Shown here: piece by piece, positions 46,944 through 59,032 of the stretch
How the letters are laid out: each line of letters starts with the position of its first letter
Numbering within the stretch: the stretch's first letter is position 1
Assembly: GCA_036785375.1 (NCBI GenBank)
Contig: JAWMAR010000041.1
Span: 8,618,001-8,682,000, forward strand
Reading direction: 5' to 3'
DNA: 64,000 nucleotides
Source: Leucoraja ocellata
Lineage: Eukaryota
Position numbers and translations under genes: made by a program
The notes under the pieces: generated by a model
Database searches by the model: none
Told to the model about the DNA's origin: nothing
What the model saw: the letters and a program-made list of their open reading frames with translations, nothing else

Positions 46944-47531
46944 ATGGGCAGAAATCTCTTTTAAACCATGGGGGGGGGGGGGGGACACAATGAGGCCTGA
47001 CATCTAGGACAGGGGTCGGCAACCTTTGGCCCACGGGCTGGATCCGGCCCTTAACCTGAAATCATCCGGCCAGCAGGCGTATTTTTCTTCAATTAGTTTT
47101 CGCGACCAGGGAACTGCAGCCAGTCCCGGTGCACGCAGGTGACCTGGGCGCTACAGCCAGACATGGGGCAAGCGTGCCGACCTGGGCGCTACAGCCAGAC
47201 ATGGGGCAAGCGAGCCGACCTGGGAACTGCAGCCAGTCCCGGAGCATGCAGGGGCGCTACAGCCAGACATGGGGCAAGCGAGCCGACCTGGGCGCTACAG
47301 CCAGACATGGGGCAAGCGAGCCGACCTGGGAACTGCAGCCATTCCAGGGGCACGCAGGTGACATGGGAACTACAGCCAGACCTGCCAGCCGACCTGGACG
47401 CTACAGCTTGTCCCAGGGGTTTTTGCTGCAACATGTTTCACAAAACATGGGGGAGATTGTCCCTCACCTCTCAAAACATGTATGGGGACAGGTTCCCCAC
47501 CCCTCCCCCCACTCCCAGGATTTCTGCCCAT
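46944..47531. mobile_element. Composite DNA-transposon remnant with an internal 38-bp minisatellite
   Basis: 13-bp inverted ends ATGGGCAGAAATC / GATTTCTGCCCAT; internal hAT-type left end CAGGGGTCGGCAACC at 47010; no TSD found. Confidence 0.55.
47108..47410 (+). repeat. Minisatellite, 38-bp unit GACCTGGGCGCTACAGCCAGACATGGGGCAAGCGAGCC with a variant unit
   Basis: Adjacent copies at 47141-47178 and 47179-47216, interleaved with GGGAACTGCAGCC-type variants. Confidence 0.9.
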
Positions 47532-49532
47532 GGTCATCCATCAGTGAAAAATCTTCCGTGATCAGCCATGATCACATTGAATGGCGGTGCTGGCTCGAAG
47601 GGCCCAATGGCCTACTCCTGCGCCTATTGTCTATTGTCTATTCAGTCAATAAACTATCGCATCTGTGCAACTAAAAGAAGCGACCTTAGTTGATGAGAAT
47701 TTGTTGTTTCCGATGAATTGATCAGTAAAAACCCTGTGAAAGGTGAATCAATCAGCCCCTAATTGTAGAAGATCATTGTAATATGGAGTATCCTGTTTCA
47801 CAAAACTTGGGCTCAATTGCAGACCATAGGTGTTCCAGGAACTCGGCTTCACCTAGTGCTTCAGCACAAGCATTCCAAATCAGTTCCTCCCCACACTCGC
47901 CACTAATCCTGTGAGGTCAACAGTCATATTTCTGCCACATAATGCAATTTGTAACAAATGCAAATGGGAGGATGAGCAACCAAAAGCCAGCTGAGGATTT
48001 ATGGATCACACACCGGTTTCACCAAGCTTAGTCCTTGTGACATTTCAGTATGTGGTCATTTTCACTGAAGGGCTTCTCAGTCCTATGATGAATCAGGGTA
48101 TTGCACGTAGAGCTTACAAGACATCTCCTCTTGGGATGATGTTGGGTTGACAGCCATGCTTGCTGGGGAGATAACTTCCCACTAACAGTCCAAGTCAAAC
48201 TGCAGGTGGGACAACATTGGCCGCCCGTAAATACTCCCAGAAAGATATCAAATGGAAGGCACAGCAGTAAAAAAAGGAATAGAACATGCAATACGTGTTA
48301 CAATGTTTGTACTTTAGTGTTTTGTTCCGGTAATACACTACAAAGCAACTGCAACTAGATTTATATTGCATCTTTAATGCTAGAAAATATACCAAGATGC
48401 ATTAAAAGAGCACTTGGTCGGAAGTTGCTTATAAGGAGCTTATTTCTGTGATTTTGTTGAGCATTTCTTGCAAATGTGATTTCTGGATATAGGGCTATTA
48501 GTGATTTTTTTTTTAAACAACACCATTTTGTGTTAAGGGAGTTAACAAGATGAAATGTGCTAATACTTGCCTATGGTGAAAACTTCTTCCAATTTCCTCT
48601 GGCCTGTATTTCCAGTAAAATAGGAATGCTTTAATCCATTTCCCAGTTCACTAAAAATACTGACAAATTATCTCCTCCTGAGGTGTTAAAGAGATTGGAA
48701 TTACATCTCATTCTCTTTCCTGATTACCGGCTGGAACTGTTCACCCTCCCCTTCCCCCTTCAACAACATGCAATTCTGCATACTTGTCCACGCATCCAAC
48801 TTGGCAAATGTTCAGAGTCATAAACTCATCTGTAATCATTTAACAGATGATCTGTGAATGGAAAGAAAGTCTCTGTTCATTCAAAACCTACTTCAGCTGG
48901 CAATACACGGGCTCTCAGAGAAGCCCCAGTGGGGAAGTCAAAACACAACCAGTGTCCTGAAGGTATAAGTGTGCATCTTCTACAACACAACATCCTTCAT
49001 CTCACTCTGACCTGAAAGCATTGCGATCTGTCTAAACTGCTCTCTCATCAATTAGAATCTGAGGTAGGTAAACCCGTCTGTACAGAATTAAAATCGAAGT
49101 TACAAATGGAGACGCAATTTGTTTCAGGCTGAATACGGGTCCCGACCCGAAATGTTGCCTATCCATTCTCTCCATCGATGGATACTGCCTGACCTACTGA
49201 GTTACTCCAGCACTTTGTGCTTTTACAAATGGAGACAGGTTTCATCTTAAAGCACATCTTGGTTCATGATGAAAACTAAAATCCTAGTATTGAGCAGTAA
49301 CAGTCTGACAAATCAAAGCCAAGCAAGGTATGAGAATACATGTGATGTGCCAAAGAAATTTAGCATATGCCAAAAACATTGCATACGCTTGCTAATCAAA
49401 TCTCAATTGTTCAATAAATTTGCTTTACCCAGTCCATTAATGATCACCAGGGAGGACAGGAAAGAAGGGTGGATGTTGATTTATTAACCCTAAATGATTG
49501 GGGAGAGTGTAAAATAGGTTAAACCTGCATAC

Positions 49533-50471
49533 TCACTGAAGGTTAGTATGCAGGTGCAGCAAGCAATCAGGAAGGCCAATGGAGTTTTGGCCTTTATTGC
49601 TAGGGGGATTGAGTATAAAAACACGGAGGTCTTGCTGCAGCTGTACACAGTATTAGTGAGACCACATTTGGAATACTGTGTACAGTTCTGGGGTCCATAC
49701 TTAAGAAAGGATGTACTAGCCCTGGAGGCAGTGCAGCGAAGGTTTACAAGATTAATTCCTGCAATGAGGGGATTGACATATGAGGAAAGGTTAAGTAGGC
49801 TGGAACTCTACTCTTTGGAGTTTAGAAGAATGAGAGGCGATCTCATTGAAACATATAAGATCGTGAGGGGCCTTGATCGGGTGGATGCACCGAGGATGTT
49901 CCCAATGATCGGGGAAACTAGAACTAGGGGACATAGTTGCAGAATAAGGGGGGGCTCTTTTAAAACTGAGATGAGGAAGAACTTCTTCACCCAGAGGGTG
50001 GTTAATTTATGGAATTCACTGCCCCAGGGAGCAGTGGAAGCAGAAACTTTAAATATATTTAAGACTAAAATAGATGTTTTTTTAGCTGCCAAGGGGATAA
50101 GGGGCTACGGGGAGAGGGCAGGGATATGGACCTAGGTATGGTTAGTATAGTAAGACCTGAGTGATCTCCTGGACAAGTGTCGATCGCCTAGATTGGGGTC
50201 GGAGAGGAATTTCCCGGATTTTTTTCCCGAATTGGACCTGGGTTTTTATCCGGTTTTTTGCCTCCCCCAGGAGATCACGAGGTTCTTGGGGTGGAGAGGG
50301 GTGATAGCGGTATAAAGGGGAGGGTAGTGTCTTGTGTTCTGTGTCTTGTGTCTACTGTTTGTGGGTAAGTGTGTCTGTTTAGTGTTCAGCCATGAGCGAA
50401 TGGCGGTGCGGGCTCGATGGACCTGGTGGTCTGCTCTCGCACCTACTTTCTATGTTTCTATGTTTCTATGT
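49533..50471 (+). mobile_element. Divergent CR1 subfamily 3' part with a long 3' UTR
   Basis: Uninterrupted 195-aa ORF2 C-terminus ([13 protein letters not shown]...GYGERAGIWT); about 330-nt UTR; (TTTCTATG)n tail; followed by an older CR1 fragment to about 50908. Confidence 0.9.
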
Positions 50472-51029
50472 TTATCAGAATGCTGCTTGGATTAGATGGT
50501 ATTAACTTTAAGGTGAGGTTGGACAAACTTAGATTGGTTTCGCTGGAGTGTCAGAAGCTGAGGGGAGACCTGATAGATGCATATAAACTTATGAGAGGCA
50601 TAGACAGAGTAGACAGTCAGAACCTTGTGCCCTGGATGAAAATGTAAACAACTAGAAGGCATAGCTTTAAGGTTAAAGGGATAAACTTTCAAGGAGTGGT
50701 GAGGGGCAAGTTTTATTTACACAGAAAGTGGTGGATGCCTGGAACATGCTGCCGAGGTGGTGGGGAAGTGACTCAAGAGGTTTGCGGATAGGCACATGGG
50801 TATGCAGGGAATGAAGGGATATGAATTGGTTCAGATATGGCATCATGTTTGGCGAGGACATTGTGGGTGAAGGGCCATTTATGAGCTGTATTCCTCTATG
50901 TTCTATGTTGATGGATCGTTTGTTGGAAGAATTCTAAATTTGGAATCATCTCACATAATTGCACATTGACTCATTTAAAATTATTGTTTTTTTTAATCTA
51001 AGGAAGGTTCAGCAACTCCAATGCCCAGG

Positions 51030-51275
51030 AATGAAGGAGATTACAAAAAGTGGTCAATGCTGCCCAGTCCATCATGAGTGCTGACCTTCCCACCATCGAA
51101 GGGATCAACAGGAGGCACTGCCTCAAAAAGGCAGCCAGCGTCAAGGACCCCCACCTCCCTGGCCACACACTCATTTCACTCCTGCCATTGAAAAGAAGGC
51201 ACAGGAGCCTGAAAACTGTAAGTCCATGTTCAGGAACAGCTTCTTCCCAACAACTATTAGGTTATTGAATACTAC
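51030..51275 (+). mobile_element. Rex1/Babar-like LINE C-terminal fragment
   Basis: LQKVVNAAQSIM.ADLPTIEGI...CLKKAAS.KDP.LPGH. Confidence 0.7.
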
Positions 51276-53199
51276 AAACTCCAGCTCTACTCTGAACTAC
51301 AACCTGCCTTGATTGCACTGGAGACTTTTAGCATTGATTTGTTTTTCTTTTCTATTATATTGTACTTTTTATTTATTGAACTTATTTTTATGTTCGTTTA
51401 TTACCTTATCTATGGAATGCTGTGCTACTTCAAAAAATAATGTAATTGTTCTGTTTCGATACATATGCCAATGGAACATTCTTGACTCTGGGCCTAATGT
51501 TTGAGCTTTGCTGGAAAAGCCGGTGAAGAAGGGTCTCGACCCGAAACGTCACCCATTCCTCTATCCAGAGATGCTGCCTCATGAGTTACTCCAGCTTTTT
51601 GTGTCTATCTAAGGGTTAATAATGCATCGACTTGTACTGTGAGAGACAATCCACAAGGTGGAGCTGTGTCTCCACCGATCAACAACTTGTTGCCTGGAGT
51701 TGCCTGGATATTAACATGCACACCTACCCCCCACTCCATCATTTAGACTAGCAGTGTACTCACAAAACTCCGCTACACAGACACAACATCCGCATCCAGC
51801 TTTATATTTTGCAGCATGTATTTACTTTTATTGCGTTGATTATGTACTGTTTCCAACTGTAGTTGCACTACATGTATTTTTAAACGTGGAGACAACTCGA
51901 ACGTGAAGTTATTCAAATAAATCTAAATCTAAGTCACTGATTCGGGAAGGAAAACTAAACAAAAACAAAAAAATCTACCTTAGCATTGCATTTATATTAG
52001 AACATTAAAAGATCAACCAAGTAAATTAATGTTGCAGTTTAATTAAATGTGAATAGTATGTCATTTTCGCATGTTTGCTAAATTTGCTTTAACTTTTTCA
52101 AACGAAATAAACAGACAAAACGATATTCTTCATTGTGATTCTATTTAACAGAAGATTTAGGGCGCGAAATGTTTGGAGCAGAGGCTAATCCTTTCCTGGA
52201 ACTGGGAATGCGTGGAAAACGGGCTGTTTTTGTGATTTACCTGCCGCTGATACGGAACCCGCGCCTAAACAACAAAAGCTGTAAACATTTATTTCTGAGA
52301 AAGCGAGTAATGTTAATTACGGCCAGTGAGTTCTGGGCTAAATTTAAATCAGACGCCAATGTCTAAACTTTCCCAGGATTTGAATCCTGCAATTTAGTTT
52401 TGATGCAATAAGTATTTAGCCATTTTAAAATGCAGGCTTACAGGGGAAATATAATGGCTATTTTAATTTAACGATATACTGTGCTCGTTAAATGAAGGTT
52501 ATGTTAGACTCGAAGAAATGTTTAAAACTGTAAACATGTAATAAGCATTTTTTGTCTATGAGCGCTGTTTTCCTTTTGGAGAACTTGGCGCAATTGAGAT
52601 ACCTGGATTGTTTTGTCAAATACTGATACAACTGAAGCTGTTAAATTCTCCAACATCCTTTCAACTTCTATTCAATCCGATGAAAGTCCATAGTATTCGG
52701 GTGTCCCACATTTTGGGTGGTGTAAACGCAAGTACAGGGGCACATCCAAAGCGGGCGTTCCTGTTACTGTGCAGGCAATGTCACCCCAATAAACCAGCCA
52801 CTGCCACACCGCTGCAGCTAGTTTTGATGATTATTTTCTACGGCATTGTTGGCATTGTTTTCTACGGCATTGTAATTCCCAAATGCAACGAATCTCCAAT
52901 GCATTTAGAAATACCCAGAGAGTGTTTGTGATAAAATGTTCGGAGAATAAAACGAAGGCACGGGGAACCCCAGATGATGGAATCTAGAACAAAACACAAA
53001 GCGCTGGAGTAACTCAGCAGGTCAGGCAGCGGCAGTCTGAGGAAGGGTTCCGCCCCTAATGTCGCCTATCCATTTCCTCCACAGATGCTGCCTGGCCGTT
53101 TGAGTTACTCCAACACTTTGTGTTTAGGCGGAGAGCAAACATCAATCTTCCAATGCAAGCTGGAGTAAAATCTGGCAAAACTAAAATAACTGCGAATCA

Positions 53200-56100
53200 A
53201 CTGGGTCGACAGCGTTGCTCCGCGAATTGCCACTTTCTGAAAACTGGTTATTGCCCTTAATAGTAAGTGAGTAGAGAACAAGAGGGCTGTTGCAACAATA
53301 TAAATACTTATGCTGTGGTGAACCATGAGTGCAATTCTACCCAGATCGTGTAGGGGGCGCCATAGTTCCCGTCTCGCACTCGCATTTGTACAAATTTCTA
53401 TTCGATCTCCCGATGCTCAGTTCCATCAATAATTCGATCCGAATTAGTGACAACAAAACTCAAAGTGCTTTGTTTTCGTTTACTCGCCGTCCGCACAATT
53501 TTCTAACCTATTTCTGTAACGTTTTTCCAAATACTCACATGAGTTGATAAATCAATCATATATTTTTATCTATTCGTATTCGTTTCAAAGTTAGTGCGTT
53601 TTGAAAAAAGCAAAATTATTTTGTAAACACTTTAATGTTATTCATGCCACAAATAGGTGCAACTACCCAGCGTCTACGTGAGCCTTGTACGGACAATGCT
53701 ACTCAGTTATAGCTTTAGTCAAAACACAACCCGCTGGTGGAGCCCAGCGGGTCACACAGCAGCATCTGTGGGGAGAGTGGACCGGCGACGTTTCAGGTCG
53801 GGACCCTTCTTCAGTCTGGGGTAGGGTCCTGACCCGAAAGGTCGTCTATCCATTTCACTCTCCAGATGCTGCCTGACCTGCTGAGTTCCTCCAGAACTTT
53901 GTGTTTTGCTCAACATTCCAGCATCTGCACCGTCTTGGTTCTCCGTAGCTTTAGTTATTTCAACCACGTATGTATGAGATAGGGTTTATGATTCGAACCC
54001 CAATAATTGATCACATTTATTTGTCTCTCGGCTACCAAAGATTGGTCAATTGAAATTTCGTTTCTACGGTCAATAGGCTTTGCTCTGCGTGTGCACATGT
54101 AAGCAGCAGTTTGAAAACTTGGGTTCTGAGACTGTAAACCATTACCCTGCCGGCTGTAGTAAAAGTCAGACGCATAAGTCTTAGTTATCAGACTCAGCGA
54201 ACCGCTTTTAATGTTCGCCCTCTGGAGACCATCAAAAAGGGGACAGCAGAATCCAGACTGACAGAGCCACGGACCAAAACCGCTGTGCAAAAATCCTATT
54301 CGGCCCCTCGGAGACCGAGAGATGGGATTGGACAACGAACGCCTCTCTTGTGTAATGATGATGGGGTGTAATGAAAACCCTCCCGTGCTCACTTGAGCTG
54401 GCATCTTGCAAACGACGAGCAATGCCTCCCCCCGCTGGCGCTGGCCATCTCCCCATCGGAGAGAAGGTTTCGAGCACCGATTGCAATCTGTCCCGCTGCC
54501 CCAAATACTGCCATGAGTTAATAAAAGATTGAACTGCCTGCCCGGAATAGAACTACACAACCACGCGATCGTCAATAACGAATATAAACGGGTTACAACA
54601 GTTTAAAACATTCGCCTCGCATTTATCAAATACAGGGATTAAACTAGGGCGAATAGAAGGGATTTCCCTGGGACAGAAATTGCTTTATCAAAAGCTTGCC
54701 TTACAGGCGCTCCATTGTACTCGACTTTACATGGCTAGAAGCAACAGCAGCAGAAGCAGCTCCTTAAAGTGCCAGCTACCGACTGAGGTCGGATGCCCAC
54801 TCTCCGTGCGCTCTATTTTATCGCCATAGTGCGCGTTAACCGTTTCGGTGCCACCCGGACAGCTGGTCCAGTCCACCCGCTGGGTTTTGGCACTTGGGTA
54901 AAGAGCTTGAAGATAGCTTCGGGCCAAATGGTTGCGCGACCGGCCGCCCGCTGTTCCTCAATCTGCTGTGTGAAAAATCAGGCGAAATGTTGGCGTTGGG
55001 GGGTGGGGGCTGTGAGAGAATGGTTGGAGATTGTACTGAGAAAGAAAGGTGGGGGCGTAGGGGAACTGTGAGCCCCGTGCCTTTGAGAAAAGCCCAGAAC
55101 TAAAAAAAACGCAGGGAAACTTATAATAGACTACAGATGTATTACTGGGGAGTGTGTATAAGTATGTGGATCAGGGAGGATGGGGGAGGGGATGGAGAAA
55201 AAGAGAAACAGCGAGAGAAGAGAGAGGAGAGATTATAAAAAGGAATGACGGAAATAAAAAAGGAAACGCGCAAAGGAAAGAAAGGGGAAAGATAAGAGGA
55301 CAGTTGAGGTGGGAACGGCAGGGAAAGACGGCGCCTCAGAGAGCAGAAAGAGGAATTATTTACTGATGGGGTCCATCATACAGAAAAGAGCCTAATGCTT
55401 AACAGAAATAGCCCAAGCTGCAGGGAAGATGTGTGAGCGCTAACAGGGAGAAGTGATGGGACTGGGGGTTGCGGGGAAACGGCAGAATGCTCCGAGACAA
55501 AGAGTCGCGCAACTAAAATAAACGCCCGTTCTGTTCCTACCTCGGTTACTTTAGCGCCCGCCGAAACTCCAGCACAGCTCGCAACTCAGTGCAGCTCACT
55601 TCACGGACACTCCAACAGTCCTGGCACCGTTCTCCTTTCCTTCCTGTTTACGCAATTCATCCGCATGGCAAGCCTCCCGGACAATCCAAAAAATCTCTCC
55701 CTCCTCCACCCTCGATCCAGGGACAGTATAGTATTGCCAGCAAAAAAAAAATCCTGTATCTTGTTCGAAATTCCTTAAACCCCTGACGCAGGCAACCGAT
55801 GGCTTCCACATCCACCGCCAATGTGTTTGTCATTATAGGATCTGCGCACCAAAGCCATCATCGTTAGTGCTGTCCAAGTGCAATGCAACGAGCGGCGGGC
55901 TGGCGTGACACAACACCATCGGAGGCAGCAGTCCTCTCACTCCCATCACACAACAGCAACACACCAAAAAACACACTGCAGTCCTCAGACAAGTATTTCA
56001 CATTCAACCTCCAGCCTCTCCAAGTCAAAGAAATTCGCACTCCCGCACAATTTTTTTTAAGCCAAAGATAACAATCTTCAGAAAATAGTCGTCCACACTA

Positions 56101-57520
56101 ATATTAGTAGCTAAAAACTCTCGGAATAAATTCGAAACAACTCTGAAACTGACCCTGTGTGTGTGGAGTGAGAGAACGAAACAGGGAGTTAGCAATTTGC
56201 GTTCCTCTGTCACAGCTTTCGAGCGTGAATTTCTTTACGAAATCGTCGAGCAACGATAATAAAACAAGCCAGCATCGGCTTAATTAATTTACTTCACGTT
56301 CCCCTTACCTTGCGTAAAGTGGTAAATCCACAAACTCCTCTTAAAACGGGCGGCAGCATATAGGTTTAACGTTGGAGTTGTGCTCTGGCTGTTAATGGGC
56401 GCACAGAACAGCGTCTTGTAATTGATTCAATGTTGCAGTCCATCCTTCCAAAAAAACTAATCATTTGCTTTAAGTAAATAACTGTCAGGAAATGAAGCCC
56501 CTGTGGTCGCTTCAGAATAAGAGTCTCTGCTCTGCTCTCAGTCAGCGCCGGGAGTCTTGCTATAGCTTGAGATTCTGGAGGTTGCGCCTCCCCAACTCTT
56601 ATCCACGCAGGGGCACAGTCACAACTAGGGCCGTCTTATTCAGAAAGTTGCCATATGTGCGTTTTGTAGAAAGTTTTGTACGGAGGAGAACCTTATTTTT
56701 GTTGTTCATCTTCCAGATCTTTGTGAACAGATTTACACATCCAGCGATTTTACGAGAACAATGTATATTCGTAATAATATTTCGAAAGAAATAATTTTAA
56801 CTAGGTGCAAGAACTGGGTATTTTTAAGGGAAGGGAGGTGACTAAATGCTTTCTATTTCGTTTTTCTCTCTCTCAGCGTTTACGACCACCATAAATCTAC
56901 AGGAAAAACAAGTTTTTGAAAAGCAGAACGCATTTCATAACACCATGTAATTGTGTTGCTGTGTGATAAATTGGTCGTTTTCGAGGAGTGACTCGCAGCA
57001 ACTCCCGTTAGTAAAAGAAGGAGGCGCCCTTGCTCTGTCCCACTTTTCGTTTGCGATTGTACAGAAATCTCAGTTTTCGTGGATAATAAGGTTGTTCTGA
57101 TTCTCGGTCCCAACCCCCTCTTTACTATTTGGGCAGAAAGAAAGCAACAGGCTTGCGGGAGATTTTGGGGGTGTTGGAGATGGGGGAGAGCTACTGAACC
57201 AGCGCAGTGTTTATACACGGGTGGTAAAGTGTGTGTGTCAGTCAGACTCTGCTGGAAGGAGCGGGCGGCTGCGATGGTTTGGGGTTTTTTTTGTTTGCTG
57301 AGTGATGTTTCTCATCTTGCCTCCAGCCGCTAGCTGCAGTAATATATCTTCAGCGCTGTGAAGGTACAGGCGAACTATTACTTCCACATGTGCTCCAGGA
57401 AATCGTTGGGAGGCAACGCCAGGCCAGTCCGGCCAGTCTCTTGTTGGTGGCTACTCGGGAAATCCATAATACCCCAGAACAACTAGCCGACGGCACCGTG
57501 CCGGACACTTGTGCGTTTGA
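53200..57520. promoter_or_regulatory. CpG-enriched, repeat-poor promoter and proximal intron-1 region
   Basis: CG dinucleotides are visibly more frequent than in the AT-rich introns, and few transposons are present around exon 1. Not quantified. Confidence 0.6.
56309..56600 (-). promoter_or_regulatory. PDGFRA: PDGFRA non-coding exon 1 and proximal promoter (5' boundary approximate)
   Basis: Strong donor CAAG|gtaagg at 56309/56308. The minus-strand block TCCTGACAGTTATTTACTTAAAGCAAATGATTAGTTTT...GAAGGATGGACT..AACATTGAATCAATTACAA closely matches my recollection of the human PDGFRA 5' region. It lies in a CpG-rich, repeat-poor zone. Confidence 0.8.
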
Positions 57521-58742
57521 AATGGAAGCAAGAACATGTTATAAATAATGCACACTTCCCGAACGAGAAAAAAAAATGTTTTGGAAGGGAACTGCAGATG
57601 CTGGTTTAAAAAAAAATACACACAAAAACTGGAGTAACTCAGGGGCTCGAGGTGTACCCAGTCTTTATATCAGTTTTCACCTTCCCCTGCTCGTTTTATC
57701 CCCTTTCCACTTCCTTGGCGTTTCCCTCCTTGTCCTCTCCCACCTTCTCTTGCCTTATCCATTTGTATATTAATTTTCTGTTTATAACTACGCGTTAGGT
57801 ATCATCCTTTTCATTTATATAGAAGAAACCTGGCACTGATATAAAATAAGTTATGTTAGCCGCCTTTCCACGACAAATTCCTTAGTTTATAGGCAATCAA
57901 GGATCAAGAGTGTTTTATTGCCATATGTCCCGTTAACGCCACTGGTCCACATTGGTTAGGATTAGATGGTGGCTGCGCGACTTTGAGAAGTCGTGGAGGC
58001 TTGTTTGGGTGTGATTTGGCTGGGGAGGCGGAGTCCTGGGTACTCTGAAAGTTATTGCTGGTTCCTGGAAACAAACTGGTCGCCGAGTTTGACGGGATAA
58101 TGTAAACATCGAGGTCAGAGCAAACTTGAGTACAAGTGGAATGAGTGTGAGAGAGACGGGGGGGAGGGGGGGGGGGGGGGTTGGAGTCGCGAAGGCGCAT
58201 TTGATACCGAATTGACTGGTTAACACCAAAACGATTGCACAATACTTGGTTACCCGTTCACGCAGACCGTGGCCGTCTGTGCACTGGCCCTTTGGTTTGT
58301 CTAGAATAAATTGGAAGAATGCCTCGGCCAAAGACCGGGGTAGACTTGATGGGCCGAATGGCCTAATTCTGCTCCTATCGCTTCTGAATTTATGAACTTA
58401 TGGCCAGGCCATCGCTGCGACTGACCAATGAGCCTGGCTGGATGGTCACTCTTCACCGGCACACAGGCTACCCCAGTTCTACATGGTCGGGTCAGAGTGT
58501 CTTGGATCATCTAGCTTCAACATCCCAGCTAAACGCGGTATCCCTCAATGAACACAGCGCCTAATTAAACCAACACAGTTGACACCAGCTACCCCATTCT
58601 AACCCCCTCCGCCATTGTACAATTGGAGGGGATGGAGACGAGAGCCGGCAGGTTTGGGTTTGGGTAGTCCATTGGCTCCATGGTTTGGTCCGGTTACATC
58701 CCTGTGTCTTGACCGCAGGTGGAACACTAGTTGCTGCTGGAA

Positions 58743-59032
58743 GGTGGGACAGCGGTAGAGTTCCGCGGTACAGCGCTACTTTTACAGCGCCAGAGACCCA
58801 GGTTGGATTCTGACTACGGGTGCTGTCTGTCTAGTGCCTGTACCTTCTCCCCGTGACCTTGTGTGTTTCCCCCTGGTGCTCCGGTTTCCTCCCACACTCC
58901 AAAAGACGTACAGGTTTGTAGGTTAATTGCCTTCTGGAAATGTTCCCAGCAGTTAGGATAGCTACAGGGGTCGCCGATCAGCGTAGACTCGGTGAGCCGA
59001 AGGGCCCGTTTCCACGCCGTATCATTAAACCA
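58743..59032 (+). mobile_element. tRNA-headed SINE (HE1-like)
   Basis: CAGCGGTAGAGTT...ACAGCGCCAGAGACCCAGGTT..ATTCTGACTACGGGTGCTGTCTGT; further degenerate + copies at about 2655-2955, 3100-3410, 19490-19705 and 21950-22215. Confidence 0.85.

Noticed and set aside
47108-47410. Regularly spaced repeats as a CRISPR array
   Set aside because: They are contiguous tandem units without unique spacers, there are no cas genes, and the context is a vertebrate intron.
48028-48291. Hydrophobic-start ORF MHVLFLFLLLCLPFD...
   Set aside because: No convincing splice context or homology; consistent with a chance T-rich ORF.
54727-54927. Minus-strand ORF ending KELLLLLLLLAM, resembling a signal-peptide exon
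   Set aside because: It starts at TTG with no in-frame ATG before the Leu run. The nearby GT is phase 2, but exon 3 needs phase 1. A better exon 2 exists at 33769-33844.
58743-58820. tRNA-like A and B boxes as tRNA genes (also other SINE heads)
   Set aside because: They continue into SINE bodies and do not form full cloverleaves.
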